Shown here: piece after piece, positions 47,511 to 60,245 of the stretch
Layout: every line of letters starts with the position of its first letter
Position numbering within the stretch: position 1 is the stretch's first letter
NCBI GenBank assembly: GCA_002633005.1
Contig: NMRA01000150.1
Span: forward strand, 338,152-402,151
DNA: 64,000 bases
Origin: Phoronis australis
Taxonomy: Eukaryota > Animalia > Phoronida
Direction of reading: 5' to 3'
Position numbers and translations under genes: made by a program
The notes under the pieces: generated by a model
What the model saw: the letters and a program-made list of their open reading frames with translations, nothing else
Databases searched by the model: none
Told to the model about the DNA's origin: nothing

Positions 47511-50500
47511 ATGTGAAACTTAATGGTTGTTTCTAGATCATTGTCTGTTAACTGTGTCTCATTCAGCTTGTGTGCATTCAGCACTCTTAACACTTCCTTG
47601 AACTTGCCAGATTTCCATCATGCCGTCCCACACTTGATATCTGCCCACATGGCTGTGTTAAACATACACAGTGTAAGTGCTAACATTTAACATGAACCGT
47701 TCATGTAGTATTTTCCTTTTACCAACTGTCCATGTAATATTTTAACTGCGAGTGGAATAACATTTTGTTATGCATGCATGCAAAGCAGATTGTAGGACTG
47801 TCTTTGTGGTCCTGTCAAGTTTTGTTTGTTTATATGTGTGATGGGGACTCTTGTGTTCGGACTGTAGAAATAATTCTGTAGTGTTCATACTGTATGTTCA
47901 CTCTGTAATGTTCATTCTGTAGTGTTCATACTGTATCTTCACTCTGTATTGTTCATGCTGTAGTGCTCGTGCTGTAGTGCTCATTCTAGGTCAAACTTGG
48001 TGCTTTTATTTATATCTAGAATTAGAGTCTTGTATATATATATCACCACTGGCAAGTTTTGTAATTATCCTAATGTTGGCAATAAACAACATTTTTAAAA
48101 GACGCAGTACCTATGTTGAAGTGTGTATGGAGCCATGCTCCTCTGCAGTACAAGACAAAGTAGTCAGACAGAAAATATGACCGGTAATAACTAATTTGCA
48201 TGCGAAAAATAATTGAAAGACTTGGCCAGCCTTCCTAACAATTGACCTTCAGTATGTCGTTAGGAAAGACCCTACCATGACTTTGATGTGTGTCCAGCTG
48301 GCACGACAAAAGAATTCTGGTCTGAATACTTTACTGTGTGTGAAGCTGAACATGATATCCAGAATTGAGTACCTACCCCTATGTGTAAAGAACAACTTTT
48401 TAAAATGTGACTCGAAGTGGAACTTGAACAACTTGTTACAAAATGGCAGACGTTCAAGAAATTTGCAATAATTACACAAGGCTTTTGATAATCGGTCTCT
48501 TTGAGGTCCAAGGCTGACAAATTATCCTTCTCACTGATAAAAATCAGGATGTCAACAAGTGGGGGCAATATTAATATTACCTTTGATAGCCAAATCATCC
48601 AAAAGAGGTACGTAAAAAGTCAACAGTGGATAATCCGTCACTTACCTTAGATGATTAAAATCAAATATTTTTACTTGGCAATTTTCCAAGGTTAGCAGAA
48701 GTGGAACAAAATCTGTATCCCGTTGTATAACCTTCCATAATCTATACAAGGCTTGGAAGGACCAGTGCCAAAAATGGAAAATTTTCTAGTTTAGTATCAT
48801 TCTACAAATAAGTAGGCTTGTGTGATAGAAATATTTGTGATGTAAAATTCAACAGCAAAAAAACACGTTTTTTGCATGAATAAAGTAAAATTAATGATGA
48901 AAAAGAGGAAACTGGAAATTGAGAGGAATTATGAAAAAAAATCCTCTTTAAAAAGGAAATTTTAAGTCCTGTCTATAGCCTATAAGATGTACTTTCTTGG
49001 AAATCAAAAGGCAAACAGCAACAACACTTGATCTTTGAGTAGTTGGGCTTATATTTTTAAAATGTTTGCATTAGCAACACTAAAGGCAAGCTTAAAAGAC
49101 TTTTCACAAGTTCAGCCATTAAATTTTCAAATGATTACACTAATAATTGGACAGAGTTAATTGCTCGATTCTGAACCTAATTGTTCAGTTGTACTTTGAA
49201 ATTGGCTGGGTTTGTCCCTAGATATCACTACCGTCGTGTCGTGTCAACCAAATGTAAACACAGATTTACTGAAAAACCATGGAATACAATAACCATCTCT
49301 TAAATCATTTATTTACAATAGTATATAAACAAAACTATATTTATACACAGACTTTCTCAACCCTTTCAAGAAATAAATATTAGCTCAGACTTTAGACATG
49401 CCTACACTGTAATAAGAAAATCACGTTTTCATTAAACTAAAAAGCACTTGTCAAGGCAGGTCAGCCCTGCTGACTTTTCATCATAATGCCGGTCATAGTT
49501 TCAAGACAGTAGAATCCTCCCCCTTCATAAACCTACTCTGCTTCAAAACTGTTCATACTTGACATTTGGCCACTAACAAGCCTTATCTGACCACAACTAC
49601 AAACCCAGGTTCAATATCTGTTCTTATCATTAGTGCTTGGAATGACCAATGACAAAAAGGAGGAAATTTTCCAGGTGATGTATAGTTCCACAAATAAAAA
49701 GGCTAGTGTGATAGAAATAAATTTGTGTTGTAAAATTCAACTGAATAAAGTCAAAATAATGACGAAAAGAGACCAAGAAAGAGGAAACTGGAAATCAAAT
49801 AAGAAATCAAATCCAAAAAAGGAAATCCTCTTGAAAGAGGAAATTCCAAGCCCAGACGTATTTCACTAGGATAGCTGTATTACTTTGTCAAGATTTTGCA
49901 CTGGTCATGACAACAGAATACCACAAAACAGACACCCTCTATTGAGTCCTGGTCACCACTAGCAACATAGCCCCCCCCCCCCCGCTCTACTTCATCAGTT
50001 TAACAGAGTAGGTGACTGAACCATTATAACTAGTTATAATTATTTAAGAACCAGTGACATTACAATATTATAACAAGTTTTCACCATCATACATTCTTAC
50101 AGTATTATACACTGGCGGGNTATGTGTGATGGGGACTCTTGTTCATACTGTAGAAATAATTCTGTAGTGTTCATACTGTATGTTCACGCTGTAACGTTCA
50201 CTCTGTAATGTTCATTCTGTAGTGTTCATACTGTATGTTCACTCTGTATTGTTCGTGCTGTAGTGCTCGTGCTGTAGTGCTCGTGCTGTAGTGCTCATTC
50301 TAGGTCAAACTTGGTGCTTTTATTTATATCTAGAATTAGTCTTGTATATATATATCACCACTGGCAAGTTTTGTAATTATCCTAATGTTGGCAATAAACA
50401 ACATTTTTAAAAGACGCAGTAAAATTCAACAGCAAAAAAAACACGTTTTTTGCATGAATAAAGTAAAAATAATGATGAAAAAGAGGAAACTGGAAATTGA

Positions 50501-52099
50501 GAGGAATTATGAAAAAAAATCCTCTTTAAAAAGGAAATTTTAAGCCCTGTCTATAGCCTATAAGATGTACTTTCTTGGAAATTAAAAGGCAAACAGCAAC
50601 CACACTTGATCCTTGAGTAGTTGGGCTTATATTTTTAAAATGTTTGCATTAGCAACACTAAAGGTAAGCTTAAAAGACTTTTCACAAGTTCAGGCATTGA
50701 ATTTTCAAATGATTACACTAATAATTGGACAGAGTTAATTGCTCGATTCTGAACCTAATTGGTCAGTTGTACTTTGAAATTGGCTGGGTTTATCCCTAGA
50801 TATCACTACCGTCGTGTCGTGTCAACCAACTGTAAACACAGATTTACTGAATAACCATGGAATACAATAACCATATCTTAAATCATTTATTTACAATAGT
50901 ATATAAACAAAACTATATTTATACACAGACTTTTTCAACCCTTTCAAGAAATAAATATTAGCTCAGACTTTAGACATGCCTACACTGTAATAAGAAAATC
51001 ACGTTTTCATTAAACTAAAAACCACTTGTCAAGGCAGGTCAGCCCTGCTGACTTTTTATCATAATGCCGGTAATAGTTTCAAGACAGTAGAATCCTCCCC
51101 TTCATAAACCTACTCTGCTTCAAAACTGTTCATACTTGACATTTGGCCACTAACAAGCCTTATCTGACCACAACTACAAACCCAGGTTCAATATCTGTTC
51201 TTATCATCAGTGCTTGGAATGACCAATGACAAAAAGGAGGAAATTTTCCAGGTGATGTATAGTTCCACAAATAAAAAGGCTAGTGTGATAGAAATAAATT
51301 TGGGTTGTAAAATTCAACTGAATAAAGTCAAAATAATGACAAAAAGAGACCAAGAAAGGGGAAACTGGAAATCAAATAAGAAATCAAATCCAAAAAAGGA
51401 AATCCTCTTGAAAGAGGAAATTCCAAGCCCTGTATTACACTCATTCAGACGTATTTCACTAGGATAGCTGTATTAGTTTGTCAAGATTTTGCACTGGTCA
51501 TGACAACAGAATACCACAAAACAGACACCCTCTATTGAGTCCTGGTCACCACTAGCAACATAGCCCCCCCCCCCCCGCTCTACTTCATCAGTTTAACAGA
51601 GTAGGTGACTGAACCATTATAACTAGTTATAATTATTTAAGAACCAGTGACATTACAATATTATAACAAGTTTTCACCATCATACATTCTTACAGTATTA
51701 TACACTGGCGGGTTAAGGATCGACATAAATGGGTTAAAACCATTCTTGACGGAAAATATTTACATAAACCAAAAACTGCAAGCTGAAATTTTTAAATTTT
51801 TACTCGAATCCATAGGGAAGGCCAAGCCCCATGAGCTCCCACAGGGGCTCCCCCATGAGCTCCCCCAAATCCACAGATGGAATAACTACATAGTCAAAAT
51901 GCAGCATCGTAAACATAAATAGGATTATTTGGCAGAAACAATAAAGAATTTAAGAAGTGCACCATTCTGGCTAAATTCAATGTGAAATCCTTTTCTGACT
52001 GAGCCAAACCTGAGGCACAGTCTGACTGAGCCAAACCTGAGGAACAGTCTGACTGATGTCATAAAACTGACTGTAAAACATGTACACAATGCAGTCCCA

Positions 52100-52191
52100 C
52101 TACTGGTAGCTAGCCCCTTGTTGGTTGGTGAAGAAGCCTCCTGGCGCCCCCTGGTCAGCTGGCATCTGTGCCTGGGGATCCATAGGGTCCA
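52100..52191 (-). CDS. TIMM17: TIMM17 last exon
   Basis: [30 protein letters not shown]-stop. Confidence 0.85.
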
Positions 52192-55100
52192 CTGAAAACA
52201 CAAAGTAAAGTTTGAGTTAGCAGGAGATGATCTTTACCAAGCAAACCTCATTCAGAGTATTCAACCTCCACTGCACAGCATACACTTAGAGTAATCAACC
52301 TCCACTGCACGGCATATAATATTTTGAGCAAAAACATTTTTTACAAGATTTTTTTCTCAAATTTCAAGCCAAATTAAAGACGACTTCCAGGAACAGAATT
52401 ACCAGATGTCACATGACAAGTGTCACATGACAGATGTATATGAGAAAACAGAACCTGGTACAAAGGCATGACACTGGAACACATCTTCCCGTTCAGTAAG
52501 GCTAGGACCTTGCAAAAAAGCAAGACTTCATGAGATTACGCGAGGAATTGCCGTGTATTTCAAATAAGAGCACGTGACTTTGGCTAGATTTTAGCTAGGA
52601 CCTACCATTATTGAACGCACGCCAGGAATGGAGTCCGTTTTAGGATTCGCAAAAGAAAATTACTCATGCCTCATTCATATCTGGGTTAAATAACACACAT
52701 TAAATATCAACTCAAAAACACTGCATCACTGGGCAGACATATTTTGTAGGTGAACCCAAGTAACGACTCTTCACAGCACTTACTAGGTTTAAACTGTTGT
52801 GCAGAGTAGCGTGTGAAGAGTATACCAACACCTTCTATTAACGCTAAAAGCACTCCTCCTGCAATGAAAACCAATGTGGTTAAGTTTGAGAACATGTGTA
52901 AATTGACAGAGTCTGGACTAGCACTCCAGGTCTTAAAAGAAAGGAAAAAATGGATTCTGGTTTCTATCAACACTGCTTAACAAATGTGTATATTCACTGG
53001 TCCTGATATCAGTCAGTCTTACCATGGCAATAAGCAAGATTAAACTTGAATTAGACTCATTTACTTAAGGGAAAAGCAGTGATCACTTTTGATGTTATCT
53101 TTCAACATAACGCTGCTGCAGCTCCATGGTTACCTTGTAGCAATGTTTTTCATGTTAATGACTGTTCTCTTGCCGAATACATGACAACCGTGTATGATGA
53201 CTATAGGAAGTACATAACAAACAAAACTGGAACAGTTCACAAACACCAAATATATTTGCAAACGCCATAAAGGTTGCACGTCTGCTTCAATTCATTTCCA
53301 GAAGATTATACTTGAAGACTTATATGCTCCGTGTTTTATGCAGCAAATCAACATTAAGAATAACATTAACAGGGTTCACATAACAGATAATAAATGGATC
53401 TACATGGGTTGGTTTAACAGGGTGTTGCACTCTCTAGTTGTTGACTTTGCGCCCTGATTGAATTCTCCTGGCTTCCTTTTCACCTTCTTCAAATTTGCTG
53501 AGCCAGCTTATGCTTACAGCCCTTATATCCTGCTGTGTATTGCGCAACGACACCCCTCTTTGCCCTCACCCCTCCCCACCCNCCCCTCCCCAACCCCACC
53601 AATGTAGTCGTCACGTGTTCTCCCTAATGTGATAGTGAACCAAGCCATTTAGAAACAATAAATAAGGTAGAGCAGGTGTGTTGATTCAGTCTGCCTAATC
53701 AAAATATAATAAGCAAAAGAAAAACATCAAGATGCCACATTCTATACAGTTTTTTCAAACCACCATGTCCAGGTTGCTGCACGAGCCAACACATGGAGGT
53801 GTTATTTAATTTAGATTTTCAGTGAACAGATGTCTTTTAATTTTGAAAGCGGGGAACCCTGTAATGGAGCAACTGGTTCAAAGGTTACAGTGCACGTGGC
53901 GCTTCCCTCAGGCTCACAAAAGTATGGAAGACTCGCCCCATGCCCATCAACAATCACCATACAGCAGCACGTTTGGTGAGTAAAATGCGACTGAGTAATA
54001 ATTGTCAGTAAGCACTAAAAGATCCACATTTCAATATTACAAAGCACTTTGTTTTCTGCTGACAACAGTTTCCACAATAAATTGAAGGTTGCCAAGTTTT
54101 TTCCCGTCTTGAAGCCACCTTAGACACATAACTCTGCTGATTAAATTTGAACTGTGCAGCAGCTGGCCTTAAAATAACTCACCTATCACAGCTGATCCCA
54201 CCATAGCACCCACACCATCTGTAAAGAATGAGTCAACTCATCACAACATCACTGGGTCATGACCTCATGTCAAAAGTCAAAATTTGCTCATGCTAAATAC
54301 AGAGTACAAAGAGCATGCACAAACATGTGTAAAAAGAAACAAGTTCAGTTTTGAAACCCTCATATCGATCAAACAGGTTCTAGGTTGATGTATATTGAGA
54401 ATATAAAATTAGAAAATCATAAACTGAAATATTCCCAATTAATGTGAACACTATTCTGTTCAATGCTGGGGGTGTCCATGTGACAGTCTACTCACTGCGT
54501 ACAGACAGTATGGCCCCAGTGAGGGCGCCACTGGTTATTGAATTAATAGGGTCCTCCTTCTTGCGTATGTAAACCATGGAACAGTCGATGGCAGAGAACA
54601 GACCACCCCACACGGCAAAGTTTCCTGGAAAACATAAAGTGATACAATGCAGGCTAGGCATCTGACATAATCACCAAATATTATCACAGACATGGCTCCA
54701 AAGATTCAGGTTTTTTAAAATTTTCATCCCTCAGTATCTGAAAATAAGGAATTTTACCATATTAAATTTAACTTTAATAAAAGATTTGAATAAAGAAAAA
54801 TAAGTTTGATGAAGACGTCAGGAAACAGTATTCATATCTACTACAAGCATGTAGACCAACATTGTCCTGCATCAGACTGTCAACTGGACATACCTCCAGT
54901 GATGGGCGCCCTTTCTTTGACAGCTGTCAAACTACCTATTAACCTTCTGTAATGACCCTGGAACAATACAGGCATGGTGATCAACAAGATATTTCACACA
55001 AATTGTCCTTGAAGCCATCATATTTCACTTTTGACAAAGTCACACTATATTATTGAACAATAACAAGCATTGGGATAACAAAAATATACTAATCGCAATG

Positions 55101-58044
55101 TTCGATATACCACAACGAAATGAAATCAATAGTATCACCATCTGAATCAATGTCATTGCTAGCGCCACCTACAGTTCATCTACGACTGACAGAGATTTAA
55201 GGCAGAGGAATTGAACAGTGTTTTATGAACCCTTGGTAATAAACTGTGATTTCCACAAAAAGTCCAACAACAAAAANGACCTACATTTAGTGGATTTATT
55301 TGGAATAAGTTAGGGTCCATTATATCCGACTAGTGCCAAGTCACACTATATTATTGAACAATAACAAGCATTGGGATAACAAAAATATACTAATCGCAAT
55401 GTTCGATATACCACAACGAAATGAAATCAATAGTATCACCATCTGAATCAATGTCATTGCTAGCGCCACCTACAGTTCATCTACGACTGACAGAGATTTA
55501 AGGCAGAGGAATTGAACAGTGTTTTATGAACCCTTGGTAATAAACTGTGATTTCCACAAAAAGTCCAACAACAAAAAATGTGTGTGAATGAAAGAAAATG
55601 TGTTCCATTTTTGTCAAATGGTTCCATCCTGTTCAAAAGAATTCCAAACTGGATTAAGAGGACATCACTTTCATGCTGTCACAAGACTTAAGAATTTTAC
55701 ATCACTATTTTTTTAAATACTTACACTTGGAGCATTTCTGAAGCCTTTTATTGAGTGAAAGACAGAGCCCCCTATGGCACCCATGGCAAATGCACCTCCA
55801 CAGTCGTCAACTATCCGCCATGGGCTGGAAATATGAAAACAGGTGAGTATCAAAGAGGTGTGAACGAGACTGCCTTGAAAGGACATGTTCCTGAACTGAG
55901 AGACCAACAGATTTGGAAAGATGGACCATACTACAATCTCTAGTATCCAGGATAAAAAGTAACAATACAATTAATTGGTCTCACTCCAATAAACAGCGAG
56001 GCTACATCTGGCGATTTTTTTTGTTTCGTCGTCAGCTTTTTATAACCGTTTATCCAAAAACGGTGATCCCTGTTAGTTGCTATGAATAAGATAAATGCAA
56101 AGCTTTGAACTGTGCCTACGGCTGCACTGCAAACAGTATGCTCGTTGGGGTGTTTACTAGTACGTAAATTGAAAATGGCAATTAGATGGTGCAGAATATA
56201 GCAACCATTCAAAAATGGGAAGACATTATTATCAACATAACTCATTTGTCAAGATTCATAAAATCTATTAAGAAACTCTGAATATAGAGTCATTTGTCCC
56301 CAGCTTCACAGGAACACACATGCCACATTTCATGAAGAGTAAACAGCAGCTTATGTCAGATATTGGATATCCAGACAGAGAATGGCACCAGTATGCACAC
56401 ACATAAAACTTAAAGATGCTGTGGTTTTAATGAGTTCATTAAAACCGTGAATATTCAAATTTGTATCACGCACCACCTAGTGACTTGCTGAAGAACTGTG
56501 CGTACAATTATAATCAGGAAAAAAACAATTTGTTAATTGCGGTTTTAAACAAAACACCACAACTGATGCACTTAAAAACAAGTGTAAACATATAAAAAAC
56601 CTAATAATGCCAAATATTATGCAACTGATATTTGATAGTGAAATAAACAAATAATTCAATCTGTGCCTTGTTTCATTAGGGTAACAATGAAATATTACCA
56701 TATTCATTTACGTAGTCTTACAAAAGGAGACTTTTACAAAGATTGTAATGGTGATTGGTTCTTGGATGGTTTCCGGCACACCGGAAGACCCGGGGTTATT
56801 TGCAAACTAGTATTTCACTTGCATATTCACAATTTAATAAGACATAGCATCTTTAAACAGCCCACTTGAACACACGACATACTGTTAAGCCAATGAGAAA
56901 AGAAAAACTGATTTCCTGTCCCTGGCCAACTCCATGTTTGAGAACACAAACAAGTTTCATGCCCCAGCCCCGCCACTTGTTTTTAGGTGAATGACAAAAA
57001 CTAGGATTAGAAGTGCATCACGTACTCAGAGCTAATTCCCCCCTTGGTCCTGTTTTTCCACGTAGTCTGCCCCCCCCCTCCCTTTGTCCCGTTATTCCAC
57101 GTAGTCTGGCCCCCCTGGTCCCGTTATTCCGTGTAGCCTGGCCCCCTTTGGTCCTGTAATTCTGCGAAGGTCGGACGATACGGATAAACGGTAGTTGCCG
57201 ATTTGTAATGGAAAGTTATGAAATTGCTGTTCATCCGTAATTCCGTATCGTCCTTGACCTTTGCGGGACCAAGGTGTTGCTCCGGACGGGCTTTTTGAGA
57301 AGATTTTTGGGCTTTGACCACGAATTTCTTGCGAACTCGGTGATGCAGGACACCGTAAATGGTATTGGGAGAAAGAATAATTCCTCATGGTTTGTTGAAC
57401 GTCTGTTTTGTGTAAATTTATTGATTTTTGTGTTTGCTGTGGACGGCTGAAAGGAAGCACCCACAGAATTTCTAGTGCGGAGTGTCACACCTTGTAATAT
57501 TATATAGTGTATTGTGGACGATCTGAAGCTAAGGACACCCGTGGTTTAAATCAGGGACCCAACCACTCTGCACCAGACTGTAACCTGATTACTTACTACT
57601 ACTATTTAGTACTAGTACTTACTAGCTAAAAACAACGAAGACTGCGGAAAGTTGCGTAAGCCAGTTGGACATTTGGGACTAAAGAATTCAGTCATCTTTG
57701 ATCTATTATTCACGGTTAGTCAACATTTGAAGTGAACATCATCGCATGATGAAACACACAAATTAACCAACCACAACCATGGACCACGGTACTGCGTTCA
57801 ACGTTAGTCGTTAGTAGCAAGACAGACGACGTAGAGCGTAGAAGAGTCAACGCTACACGCTATTCCGCAATCTCATTCAGAACGACACAGAAATTCTTCA
57901 CTGAGTCAACAAAAAATACGTGAACTTAGGCTTGTAACTTTGAGCAATCACATGAACAAAAACACACGGCGACAAACTCTGATCAATGACACCACGTAGA
58001 AAATAATGACAGGCCTACCAAGGTTCACGTGCGTACTCTTCCAT
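52100..58044 (-). CDS. TIMM17: Mitochondrial import inner membrane translocase subunit TIM17 (173 aa, 7 coding exons)
   Basis: Exons 58019-58044 (MEEYAREPC), 55725-55824 ([19 protein letters not shown]), 54894-54957, 54496-54624 ([38 protein letters not shown]), 54183-54218, 52784-52858 ([17 protein letters not shown]), 52100-52191 (TAG); total 522 nt, all GT-AG. Minus-strand AATAAA at 50886-50891. Confidence 0.97.
52784..52858 (-). CDS. TIMM17: TIMM17 exon 6
   Basis: [25 protein letters not shown]. Confidence 0.95.
54183..54218 (-). CDS. TIMM17: TIMM17 exon 5 (36 nt)
   Basis: [12 protein letters not shown]. Confidence 0.9.
54496..54624 (-). CDS. TIMM17: TIMM17 exon 4
   Basis: [15 protein letters not shown]...GAILSVR. 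Confidence 0.95.
54894..54957 (-). CDS. TIMM17: TIMM17 exon 3
   Basis: [21 protein letters not shown]. Confidence 0.95.
55725..55824 (-). CDS. TIMM17: TIMM17 exon 2
   Basis: [33 protein letters not shown]. Confidence 0.97.
57230..57545. repeat. Dispersed repeat copy 1, homologous to 58610-58887 (direct) and 58328-58541 (inverted)
   Basis: Shared blocks gcaggacaccgt, tggtttgttgaa, tggacggctgaa, atagtgtattg, gacgatc-gaagct. Confidence 0.8.
58019..58044 (-). CDS. TIMM17: TIMM17 exon 1
   Basis: ATG GAA GAG TAC GCA CGT GAA CCT TG|GTAGGC. Confidence 0.97.
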
Positions 58045-58064
58045 GATTCTGATTCTTTCTAACG

Positions 58065-58130
58065 ATTACCCAATGCGCATGTCCATGAACCACTTCCTGT
58101 ATCGATTGACCCAGTTTAAAATGGCGCGCC
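58065..58130. promoter_or_regulatory. TIMM17 promoter motif cluster (CCAAT, NRF1-like, ETS/GABP, YY1)
   Basis: CCAAT 58070, TGCGCATG 58074, CACTTCCTGT 58091, AAAATGGCG 58118; factors known to drive nuclear-encoded mitochondrial genes. Confidence 0.6.
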
Positions 58131-58327
58131 TTTTGCTCGAGTTCTCCTACTCCTGAACAACTGAGTTGAATTTTGTCGTACCATTCGTGGTTCAAGGCTT
58201 TGAAGTTTGTGGCAAGTATGAGCAAATTAGTATGTTGGAATTCCAATACAGAAACGACCCTAAACACTTCACTGTATATTGTATAATTGCGCTGATGCTG
58301 ATTACAATACCCTCTTGTAGTTGCAAG

Positions 58328-58887
58328 CACAGGCGTCCTGGACCTAAGCTTCTGATTGTCCCCAATACACTGCACATAATACGGTAATACCACAAGGTAT
58401 GACACTCGTAACAAGGAGTTCTTCGGGTGCTTCACTTCAGCCGTCCATATCAAACAAAACTCAATAAACAGGGTTTCAACAAACCATTATTTGATTATTG
58501 TTATTTCTTCTAATCTAACCATTCACGCTGTCCTGCTCCACCAAGTGTCACAACATCGATAACTCCACACTTACCCAGACCATTTCGGCATTTGCTGTCC
58601 ATCAGTTACTCATCAGATTATTCCGTACCATCCTTGACCTTGAACGGTCAAAGTTCGAGGACATATACGTGGGCTTTTTGGTATTTGGGAACATTTTTGG
58701 CAATCTCGCTGGAGCAGGACACCGTGAATGGTATTACTAGAAAGAACAATTACTAATGGTTTGTTGAAACCTGAGTTTTGTGTTTGATATGGACGGCTGA
58801 AGTGAAGCACCCAAGTGTCCCGAGTGTTATACCTTGTAGTATATCATATAGTGTATTGGGGACGATCAGAAGCTGAGTACGCCTGTG
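58328..58887. repeat. Long imperfect inverted repeat (arms ~200 bp)
   Basis: 58328-58541 is the reverse complement of ~58709-58887. Confidence 0.8.
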
Positions 58888-59603
58888 ATGATACTATGAT
58901 TGAATGTGAAGAGTCTATTAAGCTGCTGGATACCTAGCTAGACACCTAGTTAAAATAAAATTACACGAGCACGTTAAATGCAAAACCGCTTTGGGCAAAT
59001 GAATGTCTTGTTCTGTCTTCCTAATGTTTTAGGCACTAACAGTAAACTTAAGTCACATTACACATTCATCAGATCCTATTTTAATCACTGCCCCCTCTTT
59101 TGGCACCTATGTGGAATACAGAAAAGTAAGATAGTGGAAACTATACAACACTGTGCTTTCAAATTTGTGTTCAATGACAGTGAGTCAAGCTACTCACAAC
59201 TCTTAGATAAGGCTAGGAGCGGCTCTCTAATTAGTTGGCAGATGAAATGTTTATCTAATGGAGTATTAAAAAATGTTCATGTTATTGGACCCTCTCCTTT
59301 GTCAGGAAAGCTTGAATTTAGAGAGTCTGGATGTGGTCTCAGAGGTGAAAGCTGTCTCTATGTAAAACGTTTTAATACCTTGACTTATGGGTGTAACTCT
59401 ATCTCCCATAAGGGTACTTTGATATGGAACTTATTGCCATCGGCAATGAGACTATGTACTGCCTTAAATGAATTTGCTAAACTTGCTGATGATTTTTTTC
59501 TCTGAGAACTGCTCTACTTGTGAGTTCTAACAGCTACAAATGTCTACGCACCTTGTAACATGTACATCGTACTTTTGTATTTATATTTATCTTGATGTTT
59601 AAG
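58888..59603 (+). mobile_element. 5'-truncated, decayed CR1/L2-clade LINE (RT C-terminal region)
   Basis: IECEESIKLL...QMNVLFCLPNVLGTNSKLKSHYTFIRSYFNHCPLFWHLC...IQHCAFKFVFNDSESSYSQLL...IWNLLPSAMR resembles CR1-group ORF2 tails. Confidence 0.85.
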
Positions 59604-60244
59604 AGCATGTTCGCGAATGGACCAGGCAGAGGGTGATAAACGCTATGTCACAGATTCTCTTTATATTTTGTCTGTGAGATGACACTGGCCCCACTGACTC
59701 CAGACCACCTTTATTTTTTTCAAAACGCCCCCTTTTGGTTTCCATGGACACTATTTGTTTCCAACAAGTTTTCAGCCTGGCGGCAGTTCAGTTTTAGTAA
59801 AATTCCGACAGTTCCGTTACGCAGTGGAAGTAACGTTGAAATATTGAACCTGTGTTATTGATCAGGTGTGACCTTCGACTACTTTATTCATGAAAATTTA
59901 AAAGATTTCGATAATTTTTTGTCTTTTTTTAGAGCCGCATAAGATGAGTACTTTTAGTGATTTTTGAAACTGTCAAAATTGGCTAAATTCGTATCCCGAT
60001 ATCTCAGCTGGCACAGGTTTCAGAACATTTTAGTGCCAACCAATGTGTTGAGCTATTTTAGGTCTACAAAATAAGACAAAAAAATTTCCTGGCGCGAACG
60101 GATTTCATGTCATTTGAAGTCAAAAATGACTGGTGGTTACGCCATTTCACCACAATGAGTAATGCCGACAAACGTCAACAAAAAGTGAACATTTGTTAAT
60201 AGTTGCCCAGCAAACGGCGAATCAATTTATCATTCATCAAATTT
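59604..60244. mobile_element. DNA element inserted at TTAA in one haplotype copy (Kolobok-like), truncated at the N
   Basis: Copy A ...gatgtTTAAgagcatg...; copy B ...gatgtTTAAgttctg; insert begins with purines. Confidence 0.5.
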
Positions 60245-60245
60245 N

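Noticed and set aside
49633-49869. Lys-rich ORF repeated at 51210-51467
   Set aside because: A-rich antisense of the TIMM17 3' UTR region within a haplotype duplication; non-ATG start and no splice support.
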